Shown in pieces: positions 39,397 through 49,769 of a stretch of 64,000 nucleotides of DNA. A program made the translations under genes and the position numbers. Under the pieces are notes generated by a model, which saw only the letters and a program-made list of their open reading frames with translations, was not told the origin of the DNA and did no database searches. Source of the DNA: a bacterium (GTDB lineage: Bacteria > SZUA-182 > DTGQ01 > JAFGSM01); NCBI GenBank assembly GCA_049472315.1, contig JBLIRN010000001.1, positions 1-64,000 on the forward strand, in the 5' to 3' direction. Position 1 is the first letter of the stretch, and every line of letters begins with the position of its first letter.

Positions 39397-40737
39397 ATGA
39401 TAGAACGCTATACACGGCCCGAGATGGGGGGCATCTGGGAGCCTGAGAACAAGTTCCGGATCTGGCTGCGGATAGAGATCCTCGCCTGTGAGGCCTGGGC
39501 ACGAATGGGCGTCGTACCCGAGACGGCCCTGGCGGTCATCAAGGAGAAGGCGGGATTCGACATCCAGCGTATCGACGAGATCGAACGAAAGGTCAAACAC
39601 GACGTCATTGCCTTCCTTACCTGCGTTTCGGAGCGCGTGGGGGAGTATGCGCGGTACATCCATATGGGAATGACCTCCTCGGATGTCCTGGATACCTGCC
39701 TGGGCATCCAGCTCACCCAGGCATCGGACATCCTGATCGGGGATTGCAGGGCGCTGCTCGATGTGCTCAAGAAAAGGGCGTTTCAGTATCGCCTGGCGGC
39801 CATGATCGGCCGCTCCCACGGCGTGCATGCCGAGCCCATCACCTTCGGACTCAAGATGGCCCTCTGGTATGCAGAGATGGAACGGGATATACACCGCATG
39901 GAAAGGGCCCGGGATTCCATAAGGGTGGGGAAGATCTCCGGTGCCGTAGGGACCTTCGCCAACTGCCCCCCTGAGATAGAGGCATATGTATGCGAACATT
40001 TGGGGCTCACCCCTGCCTCCATCTCAACCCAGATCGTCCAGAGGGACCGGTTGGCCGAATTCTTTGCCACCCTGGCGATCATCGCCTCGTCGCTCGACAA
40101 ATTCGCCCTGGAGATCCGTCATCTTCAACGAACGGAGGTGCTCGAGGTGGAGGAGTGCTTCACCCCCGGGCAAAAGGGGTCTTCGGCGATGCCCCACAAG
40201 CGGAACCCCGTCGTATCCGAGCAGATCTGCGGGCTCGCCCGCCTGGTCAGATCCAATGCCCAGGCGGCCCTGGAGAACGTGGCCCTGTGGCATGAGCGTG
40301 ATATCAGCCACTCCTCCGTGGAACGGATTATATGCCCTGACACCACCATTCTGCTTGACCATATGCTCACCCGCTTTACCCGGCTCATGGACAACCTCCT
40401 GGTCTATCCGGAGCGTATGAGGGAAAATCTGGAGCTCACCGGGGGGCTGATTTTTTCGCAGCGGGTGCTCCTGGAATTGGTGAAGAAGGGGATGAGCAGG
40501 GAGGATGCCTACGGTGTCGTTCAAAGGAATGCCATGAAGGGATGGCAGCGCAGAGGGGAATTCAAGGCATCCCTTGAAAGGGACCCGTCCGTGAAGAACG
40601 TCCTTACCAAGGGGGATCTGGAGAATGCCTTCTCCATGCACTATCACCTGCAGCACGTAAACACGATCTTCAACCGGGTGTTTGGAGATCAGCCTGCCGA
40701 GGGTAACGTCCCGATGGATGCGGCAGGAGCGGCATAG
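39397..40737 (+). CDS. purB: Adenylosuccinate lyase
   Basis: MIERY, HDVIAF, GRSHGVHAEP, GSSAMPHKRNP. Confidence 0.97.
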   Translation: MIERYTRPEMGGIWEPENKFRIWLRIEILACEAWARMGVVPETALAVIKEKAGFDIQRIDEIERKVKHDVIAFLTCVSERVGEYARYIHMGMTSSDVLDTCLGIQLTQASDILIGDCRALLDVLKKRAFQYRLAAMIGRSHGVHAEPITFGLKMALWYAEMERDIHRMERARDSIRVGKISGAVGTFANCPPEIEAYVCEHLGLTPASISTQIVQRDRLAEFFATLAIIASSLDKFALEIRHLQRTEVLEVEECFTPGQKGSSAMPHKRNPVVSEQICGLARLVRSNAQAALENVALWHERDISHSSVERIICPDTTILLDHMLTRFTRLMDNLLVYPERMRENLELTGGLIFSQRVLLELVKKGMSREDAYGVVQRNAMKGWQRRGEFKASLERDPSVKNVLTKGDLENAFSMHYHLQHVNTIFNRVFGDQPAEGNVPMDAAGAA

Positions 40738-40741
40738 CCCC

Positions 40742-43700
40742 TCAAGGCCTGCTCTGGGATGCCTCCTCGACCATTTGCAGGAATCCCCCCAATTTATCCC
40801 TGCGGTACCGCCTGAAGTATCCCTCTGCAATCTTCCGCAGCCAGGAGAGGTCCTCCCGGCTGGCCTGCGCATTGACAATGTCCTGGTACGCGGCAGCATT
40901 CTCCTCCCTGGCAAAGTGTGCAATGGCGGCAAGGGAGAGTGCGCGGGAATGCTGCGGCCCGTTGCGGAGCCTGTCGGCAATGGTGAGCACCCCTTCAAGT
41001 GAATCCCTGCGCAGTTCCAGGAAGGCCGTCCTTTGGTCTTCCAGCGCATCCCGGTCGGGCTCGTCGATATCGATGAGCCGGGTGCCCTGCACCTTCTGCG
41101 CCCAGTAGTCCCCTTCCGCGAACTCCCCCTTTCTGTCCACGGCAACGATCAACTCGAAGATGCTGTTGACATTCTTGGTGGCTTCAACGGTCTCCCGGCG
41201 GAAATTCACTGCCGTATCCAGATCGGGGGATGACATCTCCTCGAATATGCTTGCCAATTGAGAGGATGGCAATGGGGTTTGGGTGCGTTCTCCAGGAATA
41301 CGTGACAGATCGAGGGCCTCGCGCGCATACCTGCCCGCGTTGTCCCAGTCGGGCTCGGGCTGCCTGCTCAGGCAATTTGCAAGCTGGTAGAGGACCCTGG
41401 CCCGTTCGGCACGCTGCTCTGATACGGGGAGGAATTCAATGGCCTCCTGGTAGTGCTGAACGGCCTTGCGCCAATCGGGCTCGGGCTTGTTCTGACAGCA
41501 AAAGGCCAGGCTGCAGAGCGTGCGTGCGCGGTCCGCAGACAGCTCCTCCGGGGTCTGAAGATTCAGCGCCTGCTCATAATAGTGGATTGCCTGATCCCAG
41601 TCAGGCGCAGGTTTGTAGTGGGAACATAACCCCAGTTGGAAGAGGGTGAGGGCGCGTTCCGCCTTCTGATCCGGATTCGTCTGGAACGTCAGGGCCTCTT
41701 GGTAATGCTCTATTGCCTTGTCCCAATCGGGCTCGGGCTGATTGTGACATAACCATGCATACTGCATCAGGGAATCCAGGAGGTCTCCGGTCTCGTTGAG
41801 TCCCTTGAAGATCGCCACGGATTCCCGGGACGCCTTCAGCGCCCCTGCCCAGTCGGGCTCGGGTTTGTTGTGCAGGCAGGACGCCAGCCAGAAGAGGATC
41901 AACCCCTGATCCGCCTTTTCCCCCTGATCCTTGACGAGGTCCATCGCCTCCTGGTAGAGACGGATGGCCTCGGCCCAGTCCGGATCAGGCTTGTTATGGA
42001 GACAGTAGGCAAGCTGGTAGATACTGATTGCCAGATCGGAGCGGTGTTTCTCGCCCTGCTGGAGGTCCATCGCCTCCCGGTAGAGCTGGATGGCCTCGGC
42101 CCATTCCGGGTCGGGTTGATTATGCAGGCAATAGGCCAGAAGGTACAATGACCGTGCACGATCCGACTCCTGGTGAGGCTCACGCTGGAGTGCTATGATG
42201 TGCCGGAAGCTTTCGATGGCCTCTCCCCAGGCGGGGTCAGGTTGGTTGTAGCAGAGCCAGGCATGCTGAATGAGGGCGTCCAGCAACTCATGAGGTCTGT
42301 CAAGCCCTTTGAAGATCTCCACCGATTCGCGCGATGCATGTATCAATTCGAGCCAGTCCGGGTCAGGCAGGTTGTGAAGGCAATAGGCCATCCAATAATA
42401 CGCCCTGGCCCGCTCGAGTTGCTGCTCGGGCTCCATGAGGATCTCCAAGGCCGCTCGATAACAGTCAGCCGCCCGTGCAAGATCCGGCTGGGGTTGCGTA
42501 TGAAGGCATGAGGCCAAGTGAACGAGGGTGATCGCCCGGTCATTTCGCTTATCCGGACCCGCCTGGAGATCCAATGCCTGCTCATAGGAGGTAATGGCCA
42601 GGGGAAGGTCGGGTTGAAGCTTGTCGTGGAGGCACGTGGCCAGTTGAACGAGGGTGCGTGCCCGCTCGTCTATTTGTTCCGGATCCGTCAGCAGTTCCAG
42701 TGCCTCTCGATAACAGGCAATGGCCTCCTCCCAGTCCGGGTTTGGTTTGGTGTGAAAACATGTGGCAAGTTGCACAAGGGCACGGGCACGGTCATGGCTC
42801 TGCCCCGGTTCCTTCAAGAGTTCCAGCGCCTTGCGATAACAGGTAATCGCCCGTGACCAGTCGGGCTCCTCCTGGTTGTGGAAACAGAATCCCATCTGGT
42901 ACAAGGTGAGACCCCGGTGCGGCAGCTCGGGGTTCTCCGTCTGGAGTTCCAGGACCTTCATGAAACAGGCGATTGCCTCGGGCCACTCCGGCTCTGTCTG
43001 GCGATAGAGGCACAACCCCAATTGGTATATTGTGTGTGCCCGTTTCTCCAGATATTTGGGGTCGTCAAGAATCTCCAGCGCCTCCCGGTATGTCTCGATC
43101 GCCTCCGGCCAATCCGGATACTCCTGATTGTGACAGATCCACGCATATTGGATGAGCGCATCCAGGAACCCCTGGGTATCGGCGCGTGCCTTCATGATCG
43201 CGATCGTTTCCAGGGACGCGGTGATCGCCCCTGCCCAGTCCGGCTCGGGCTGGTTGTAGAGGCAATAGGCGAGGCGGTGGAGGGCCTGCGCCCGCTCTGC
43301 CTGGTGCTCGGGCCCGGTGAGGATATCGAGTGCCTCCCGGTAGTACCTGACCGCCTCGACCCAGTCGGGCTCGGGCTGGTTGTAAAGGCAATAGGCGAGG
43401 CGATAGAGTGATTGTGTCCGCTCCGTTTGATGCTCGGGTCCGATCAGGTGATCGAGTGCCTCCCGATAGGAGGCGATAGCCTCGCCCCACTCGGGCTGCG
43501 GCTGATTGAACAGGCAGTAGGCGAGTTGGCACAGGATCAATGCCCGTTCAAGCCCGTGCTCGGGATCGATGAAATATGTCAGGGCCTCGTGGTAGTGGGA
43601 GATGGCCTCGTTCCAATCGGGCTTGGGCTGATTGTGCAGGCAGTATGCCAACTGGCAAAGGGTTTGCGCCCTCTCCGCATATTCCCCGGTTATGGTGAAG

Positions 43701-46700
43701 AGCTCCAGGGCCTGGCGGTAGCAGGAGATGGCCTCGTTCCAATCGGGCCTGGGCTGGTTGTGCAGGCAGTATGCCAATTGGTACAGGGTCAGGGCGCGAT
43801 CGGTGTATTCCTCTGGTGCGGTGAAGAGTTCGAGTGCCCGGTGGTAGTGGGAGATGGCCTGATGCCAATCGGGCTTCGGTTGGTTGTGCAGGCAAAAGGC
43901 GAGTTGATAGTAGGTTTGTGCCCGATCCGCCCGTTCCTCGGGCGCAGTGAAGAGATCCAGTGTCTTGCGGTAACGGGAGATGGCCTGGTACCATTCAGGC
44001 ACCGGCTGGTTGTGCAGGCAATATGCCAATTGATAGAGGGCTTGTGCGCGGTCCGCCTGTTCATCCGGTTCGGTCAATAGCTCGAACGACTTTTCGTAGC
44101 AAGTGATGGCCCCTGCCCAGTCGGGCTGGAGTTGGCTATGGAGACAATAGGCAAGGCTGTAAAATATCTCCGCTCGTTCCTTGCGCTGCTTGGGGTCGGT
44201 CAACAGCTCCAAGGCGCCCTGGTAGCAGGTGATGGCCCCCGCCCAGTCGGGTTCGGGCTGATTATGGAGACAGTGGGCGAGTTGATGGAGGGCCTGGGCC
44301 CGATCGGTACGCTGGTGAAGACCGGTAAGGATTTTCAGCGCCTCCCGGTACAGGGCGATGGCCCCGGTCCAGTCAGGAGACGGTTGGGTATGGAGGCAGA
44401 GTGCGCATTGACATAGTGTCAGGGCATGGTCTTCCTCCAGTCCCAGTGCCTCTTGATAATTCAATGCCTCCCGGTAGTGGGTAACGGATTCCGCCCAATC
44501 GGGAGTGGGTTGATTGCAAAGACAGTATGCCAAAAGGTAGAGGATGAGTGCTCGATCGCCGTGATCTTCCGGGCTTGTGAGGAGCTTCAACGCCGCCCGG
44601 TAGGTGGAAATTGCCTCGTGCCAATCCGGATCGGGCTGCTGCTGACACAACCAGGCATACTGAACCATATGATCCAGAAGCTCGCGGGTGGTACCGTGCT
44701 CCTTGATGAGTTTGACAGACTCCCGGGACGCCTTGAACGCCTCCGTCCATTCAGGCTTCGGCTGCGTGTAGAGGCAAAAGGCCAGTTGGAAGAGTGTGCG
44801 GGCCCGGTCCGCCTGTTGTTCCGGATTACTCTGGAGTTTCAATGCCTCCCGGTAGCAGACGATCGCCTCGGCCCAATCGGGGTTTGACTGCATGCGGAGG
44901 CAATATGCCAGGAGGCAGAGACTCTCGATCTCCTTGGCGGTGTTTTTGAGCTTGCGGTATGTCCCGAGTGCATGACGCGCATGGTGGATGGCCTCCGAGA
45001 TCTCAATTTCCCCCAGGTTTGTCTTGGCCAGGGCCAGTGTCTTGTTCAGGTGTCCTACGTCTGAGTCGGCGCCGAGGAATTCGCAGGCGCTTTTTGCCTC
45101 ATGAAGAAACGACACGGCCTTTTTGATGTTCGGGGGGACGATATTGAGAAAAAGGTTGCCGAGGATTGCCTTTGCATACGCAGCATCCAGCGTCACCTTC
45201 TCCAGTTGCCCGGACTTTTCGATGGCGCGCCACAGGAGGTTGATGGTGTTTTCGCACCATTTTCCGGTCAATCGATTCGTGGCCAGTGCGATCTCGAAGA
45301 GGGCCTTTATCTCCTGTTCCCCGGAGGCGTACTCGAGCGCCCTTTCAGCGCACGGGACCGCAATCTCCTTTTGGTCGCATGCCTGGGCACATTCCGACAG
45401 GGAAAGCCAGAATGCGCACAGATGCTCGGGGGTTCCTTCTTCCCTTATGTGGCTCCAGTCCTCGAGGAAATCCTGGATTCCTTCCCATATTTCCTGTTTA
45501 AATGAGGAGGAAAGATTTCCCTGCGTGCGGATCTCCTCCCCCAACGGTCCGTACATGAAGACCCTTTTCTGATCTTCAGGGTCGTCAAGGAGTGCCAATG
45601 TCCTACGCAACGATTCAATGGTGGCGCCTGCAAGTTCCTCCCCGAATTGTTCGACCTTGGCGAGCACATATCGTAAAAGCTCCCAGGACGGACCCTTGAG
45701 GAAATCGGTAATGACGAGCGCCTTCAAGCCCGGGATGGTACGGGGAAGAACCGATTCTACCACCTCCTCAACGCCGATTGGTTCCTTCCGTATAAGGGAG
45801 GCATACCGTTCGGTTCCCTTGCCTGCGCGATTGGTGAGGAGGTCCCACATCTGGCAGAGATACCTGACCGGGACCAGGCCCATTGAAATGATCGCCTCAT
45901 TGATCTCGTCGATCCGACCCTCCTCGCCTCTGGCAACGAGTACCGGGCGAAGAACGGCATCGGTGAAAAACCGCACATCCTCCTCTCCCACCAGATCGCA
46001 GGCATTTCTTACTATTCCCCTTTTTTCCCATGGGTTTTCGCCCTTCGGGCAGATCTCATCGAATTCGGCGCACCGGGCTGCGCCCCATACCCTCCACTGG
46101 CGGGGGGAGCGCAGAAGTTCCTTGCATATGGCAAAGATCCCCGGCTCATGTACATCATCGATTACGATGATGGGCTGCGTCTCCTTCCCGATCACTCCCG
46201 CATGCTCGAGGCGCTGTAGGAGCCTTGACACGGCCCCTTCCACATCATCGATGGACATGCCCTTGCTGGTCTGCAGACGCACAATGGGCACTGCGCTCCC
46301 AAATCGTTTATGCGCCTCCAGAGAGATGAAGGTGAGGAGGCTCGTTTTTCCGCAAAACGGGGCACCGGTGAACAGGAGATCCCCTTTTGATGAAAGCCAT
46401 TCATCCAGGTGATTCACGATCTTGGGCAGGGGGATGAAGTGTCTTTGGATGTGCTCGGCTGTCCTGAGTTCGTGGAAGCAGGGTGATTTTTCTTCAGCGG
46501 GCACCTCTTCGGCATTCTCACGGGTGATGATGTGGAAGTCGATGTCTTCCTTCGGCAGGAACAGGTCCCTGATCCGTGTCGGATCTCCCTCCAGGGCGTC
46601 CTCGCGAAGCACAAACTGATCGATATGGTACATGACCTCGTAGGATTTTTGAACCAACCGCGGAGGCCGGGAGGGAAGCAACGGGATCGTATCCATTCGT

Positions 46701-47806
46701 GTTCGTTCCAGGCCACTGTGAATCGCATACATTGACGAACGAGTCCCTGCGTCCTCCGGCATCCCTGCGCCGATGCTGAGGGTGTCTCGAAGGTCGCGCA
46801 GCCATGCGACGTTCTTCAGCCGGTGTCGCCCCTGCTCGTCGACCTCTTCCTCCTTGGACCGGCACGGCACCCATGAACCATCCCCTGCTGGATCATATTC
46901 CCGGAGCCATATTATGCCCGTTCCCTCCTCCAGATTCAGCCGGACGACATTGTACCCCGATTTTTTGGGTGGATGGTGATAGCAGGTGCCCGCTGCGATG
47001 CGGGTGTGTTCGTTGCGCGGTGTCACCCAGCGCGTATGATCGTGGCCGTGGAGCAGGAATTTGAACTCCGACTCCAATCGTTGCAGGAAAAAGGGGCTCT
47101 CCTTCTTGGTAAACCAATCAACCGGATGGTGCATCAAGGCAATGGAAAAGTTGGCCTTGGGAAGCGTCGAGCGGAAGAAGTCCAGTTGCCGGTCGCCATC
47201 CAGCCAGAGCTTCCCCTTTTCTCTCTTTCCCTTGCCCGAGGAAGACCATGCGGAATTGAATCCGGCGATGGCGATCTTCACACCGTTGAATTCCCTGATG
47301 TCGGAGTAGATAACCCGGGATGGATCGTCAATGAGGTGGTCATAGCCGTATGCCTTGAGGAAGTCACGGTATTCGCGCAATTTTGTCACATATGAGCGCC
47401 AAAGGCTGTTGGGGTCGTGGATCATGTCGGTCAGTTTTCGAAGGTCTGCCTTTTCTCGAAGCCATAGGATGAGGGACTTGCTGTCCACCGTGAGGTTCAC
47501 ATCGTGATTCCCGGGGATGATGAAGATATTTCTCTTGGGAACACATTCCCCGAACGCAGTGCGGATGGTTTCCATGAATGCGGCAGCCTCCGCATACTGC
47601 TCAGGCATCGACCTCCCTTCCCCGACGGCAGGATTGCCGAATATGGCATCCCCGGTAAAGAATATCATGTCAGGGGCTATCTCATGTTCCCTCTTCAAGC
47701 GGTTAAGATCGTCGATCAACTTCTCCGTAACTTCATGGTAATCGCATTCATGTGCCGGATGGCAGACATGCAAATCAGAGATATGAAGCCACGTAATGGA
47801 AGTCAT
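40742..47806 (-). CDS. Giant multidomain protein: calcineurin-like metallophosphoesterase + P-loop NTPase + 29 x 42-aa TPR-like repeats
   Basis: SDLH/TGD/PGNHD/MHHP/HGHDH metal motifs; Walker A GAPFCGKT and Walker B IIVIDD; repeat consensus QLAYCLHNQPEPDW.EAI..YREAL.L; GGAGG RBS before ATG 47806. Confidence 0.85.
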   Translation of the reverse strand: MTSITWLHISDLHVCHPAHECDYHEVTEKLIDDLNRLKREHEIAPDMIFFTGDAIFGNPAVGEGRSMPEQYAEAAAFMETIRTAFGECVPKRNIFIIPGNHDVNLTVDSKSLILWLREKADLRKLTDMIHDPNSLWRSYVTKLREYRDFLKAYGYDHLIDDPSRVIYSDIREFNGVKIAIAGFNSAWSSSGKGKREKGKLWLDGDRQLDFFRSTLPKANFSIALMHHPVDWFTKKESPFFLQRLESEFKFLLHGHDHTRWVTPRNEHTRIAAGTCYHHPPKKSGYNVVRLNLEEGTGIIWLREYDPAGDGSWVPCRSKEEEVDEQGRHRLKNVAWLRDLRDTLSIGAGMPEDAGTRSSMYAIHSGLERTRMDTIPLLPSRPPRLVQKSYEVMYHIDQFVLREDALEGDPTRIRDLFLPKEDIDFHIITRENAEEVPAEEKSPCFHELRTAEHIQRHFIPLPKIVNHLDEWLSSKGDLLFTGAPFCGKTSLLTFISLEAHKRFGSAVPIVRLQTSKGMSIDDVEGAVSRLLQRLEHAGVIGKETQPIIVIDDVHEPGIFAICKELLRSPRQWRVWGAARCAEFDEICPKGENPWEKRGIVRNACDLVGEEDVRFFTDAVLRPVLVARGEEGRIDEINEAIISMGLVPVRYLCQMWDLLTNRAGKGTERYASLIRKEPIGVEEVVESVLPRTIPGLKALVITDFLKGPSWELLRYVLAKVEQFGEELAGATIESLRRTLALLDDPEDQKRVFMYGPLGEEIRTQGNLSSSFKQEIWEGIQDFLEDWSHIREEGTPEHLCAFWLSLSECAQACDQKEIAVPCAERALEYASGEQEIKALFEIALATNRLTGKWCENTINLLWRAIEKSGQLEKVTLDAAYAKAILGNLFLNIVPPNIKKAVSFLHEAKSACEFLGADSDVGHLNKTLALAKTNLGEIEISEAIHHARHALGTYRKLKNTAKEIESLCLLAYCLRMQSNPDWAEAIVCYREALKLQSNPEQQADRARTLFQLAFCLYTQPKPEWTEAFKASRESVKLIKEHGTTRELLDHMVQYAWLCQQQPDPDWHEAISTYRAALKLLTSPEDHGDRALILYLLAYCLCNQPTPDWAESVTHYREALNYQEALGLEEDHALTLCQCALCLHTQPSPDWTGAIALYREALKILTGLHQRTDRAQALHQLAHCLHNQPEPDWAGAITCYQGALELLTDPKQRKERAEIFYSLAYCLHSQLQPDWAGAITCYEKSFELLTEPDEQADRAQALYQLAYCLHNQPVPEWYQAISRYRKTLDLFTAPEERADRAQTYYQLAFCLHNQPKPDWHQAISHYHRALELFTAPEEYTDRALTLYQLAYCLHNQPRPDWNEAISCYRQALELFTITGEYAERAQTLCQLAYCLHNQPKPDWNEAISHYHEALTYFIDPEHGLERALILCQLAYCLFNQPQPEWGEAIASYREALDHLIGPEHQTERTQSLYRLAYCLYNQPEPDWVEAVRYYREALDILTGPEHQAERAQALHRLAYCLYNQPEPDWAGAITASLETIAIMKARADTQGFLDALIQYAWICHNQEYPDWPEAIETYREALEILDDPKYLEKRAHTIYQLGLCLYRQTEPEWPEAIACFMKVLELQTENPELPHRGLTLYQMGFCFHNQEEPDWSRAITCYRKALELLKEPGQSHDRARALVQLATCFHTKPNPDWEEAIACYREALELLTDPEQIDERARTLVQLATCLHDKLQPDLPLAITSYEQALDLQAGPDKRNDRAITLVHLASCLHTQPQPDLARAADCYRAALEILMEPEQQLERARAYYWMAYCLHNLPDPDWLELIHASRESVEIFKGLDRPHELLDALIQHAWLCYNQPDPAWGEAIESFRHIIALQREPHQESDRARSLYLLAYCLHNQPDPEWAEAIQLYREAMDLQQGEKHRSDLAISIYQLAYCLHNKPDPDWAEAIRLYQEAMDLVKDQGEKADQGLILFWLASCLHNKPEPDWAGALKASRESVAIFKGLNETGDLLDSLMQYAWLCHNQPEPDWDKAIEHYQEALTFQTNPDQKAERALTLFQLGLCSHYKPAPDWDQAIHYYEQALNLQTPEELSADRARTLCSLAFCCQNKPEPDWRKAVQHYQEAIEFLPVSEQRAERARVLYQLANCLSRQPEPDWDNAGRYAREALDLSRIPGERTQTPLPSSQLASIFEEMSSPDLDTAVNFRRETVEATKNVNSIFELIVAVDRKGEFAEGDYWAQKVQGTRLIDIDEPDRDALEDQRTAFLELRRDSLEGVLTIADRLRNGPQHSRALSLAAIAHFAREENAAAYQDIVNAQASREDLSWLRKIAEGYFRRYRRDKLGGFLQMVEEASQSRP
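41300..44925 (-). repeat. 126-bp (42-aa) coding repeat array, 29 units
   Basis: Counted 29 P(D/E/A)(W/L) motifs; neighbouring units are 126 bp apart (e.g. ~43613 and ~43739). Confidence 0.9.
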
Positions 47807-48078
47807 TGTTCTCAACCCTCCGACTTTCTACGGTGTCCCTTGCCAATGCGCATCCCCATGATCATCAAGACCGGTCAATCCCTGATGAGCCCTCATTATG
47901 TACGAGAATCATGTGCATTTATATACCACCCCCCTTTGCAAGGTCAAGGGATTATCTAAATTGCAGGTTGCTAAAGAGAAAAGGATCGCCGATTCCGGAG
48001 GGAAAAAGTGTTGCTTCCGATGCCGTGAAAATGGTTGGATGCAATGTCAAAATGAGAATTGCCGGTTTGAGGTGGATT

Positions 48079-49587
48079 CTACTGACAGGTCTCCAAGATC
48101 CCTCTGAGGTAGTTTTCCGTAACCTTCGGCATGGAGGTGAAATGGACCAGAAATGTCCCCTCCCCCTGGCCCACCACCTTTGCGTAGAGGTCGATGGGTA
48201 TGTCTTCATCGTTTTGGCCGACCAGCAGAAATTTTACATCGCTGAGCTCGTCCACCTTTGTCTGGGACTTGACCAAGGCCTTGGTTGGGGAAAGCCTCAG
48301 GATGCTTCCCGTGTATGCTGAACTGTCAGCCACCTTGCCCTTGACCAGGACGAATTTAACAGGGATCTCCTTCTGGAGCATCAGGAGCTCTTCGGTGAAG
48401 CACTCGGGAAGGTAGAGGGCATAGTCGCCCCCCAATCCGAGCACCTCGAATACGGTGATGGGCTCGTCGATCCCCTTCGTCTCCACCTCCATCTGCCTGC
48501 CCAGTTTGAGGATATCCCCGATATCGTACCTGGTGCTTTCAGAGATCAGGATCTGCCCGCCGATGGTAAGGGATTCTATGCGAGATGCGAGGTTCACATT
48601 CCTTCCCACCACCCCGTATTTTACCCGTTTTACCGAGCCGATGTTCCCGACGATGACCTCCCCGGTGTTGATGCCGATCCCCATATTCAGCCTGGGCAGC
48701 CCTTCATTCCTGTTTCGCTCGTTTACCTCATCCATGGCAAGTTGCATCTCGACGGCGCACGCCACCGCACTGGCCGCATCATCATCCATGGTGGTGGGCG
48801 CCCCGAAGACAGAGAGGATGGCGTCACCGATAAACTCCACAATGGTGCCGTGGTACTTGAAGATGATGGTGGTCATGGTCTCCAGGTAGTTGTTGATGGT
48901 GGTCATGACCTGTTCCGGCTGTAATTTCTCACTAATGGAGGTGAATCCCCGCAGATCGGACATCATGATGGTCACCTTCCGCTTTTCTCCTCCCAGGTGG
49001 AGTCCTTCGGGGGTTTCCAGCAACTGGTTCACCACCTCGTCCGAGAGATACCGTCCGAAGGTCTTCATGATGAAACGATTGCGGAGCTCCAGCCTGCGCT
49101 GGCTCTCCACCAATGCCCGGTATGCCTCGTTGCGCTGCAGGAGGTTGATATAGCTTTTGGAATGGTGACGGATGCGGGCGACCAGCTCCATGGTGTCGGG
49201 GAATTTCACCATAAAGTCATTGGCGCCCGTTTCGAACGCCTTGGCCTTGATTTGCGGGTCCTCCTCGGCGGAGAGCACGATCATGGGCACGTCCCTGGTG
49301 ACCTCGTTTTCCCGCAGCTTCTTGACCATGGTGAGGCCGTCGATTCCGGGCATGACCAGATCCTGGAGGATGACGGTGGGCCTTACCCGCTCGGCGACCG
49401 CTTCCTCCTCCTCGGGATCGGTGCAGTAGTGAAAGGTGATGTCCTTTTCTTCGGAAAGGATTTCACTGATCGCCTCGCACACCGTTGGGGAGTCGTCGAC
49501 CAGAAGGACGGTAATGGTGTATTCGGTGATGGACTCCTCGACGAATGCACCTTTCAGGCTCTCAAACAGCGACTCTCTAAAGCTCAT
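48079..49587 (-). CDS. Response regulator (WspR-like REC and stalk) fused to a class III nucleotidyl cyclase with guanylyl-type signature, plus C-terminal beta domain
   Basis: LLVDD...PTVILQDLVMPG...ELVARIR.HS.SY..LLQR.EAYRAL; cyclase SDLRGFT, EFIGD, KYGVVG.NVNLASR. Confidence 0.85.
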   Translation of the reverse strand: MSFRESLFESLKGAFVEESITEYTITVLLVDDSPTVCEAISEILSEEKDITFHYCTDPEEEEAVAERVRPTVILQDLVMPGIDGLTMVKKLRENEVTRDVPMIVLSAEEDPQIKAKAFETGANDFMVKFPDTMELVARIRHHSKSYINLLQRNEAYRALVESQRRLELRNRFIMKTFGRYLSDEVVNQLLETPEGLHLGGEKRKVTIMMSDLRGFTSISEKLQPEQVMTTINNYLETMTTIIFKYHGTIVEFIGDAILSVFGAPTTMDDDAASAVACAVEMQLAMDEVNERNRNEGLPRLNMGIGINTGEVIVGNIGSVKRVKYGVVGRNVNLASRIESLTIGGQILISESTRYDIGDILKLGRQMEVETKGIDEPITVFEVLGLGGDYALYLPECFTEELLMLQKEIPVKFVLVKGKVADSSAYTGSILRLSPTKALVKSQTKVDELSDVKFLLVGQNDEDIPIDLYAKVVGQGEGTFLVHFTSMPKVTENYLRGILETCQ

Positions 49588-49769
49588 GGTTTACACAGGT
49601 GTGTGAGGGTTTTAAACCGGAAAAGAGGTGCCGCATACCGTACTATGTGGTTGCTATGTCACCGTACAGGCACCTTCTCAACACGCCGCGACATCCTGTT
49701 TTTTATATCGGCATGCTCATCCAAATCCTGCACGAGGAGATCGGGCATCGACGCCCTTCTGTCAGGGGG

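Noticed and set aside
41300..44925. Diversity-generating retroelement target
   Set aside because: No reverse transcriptase or template/variable repeat pair with adenine-specific differences was seen.
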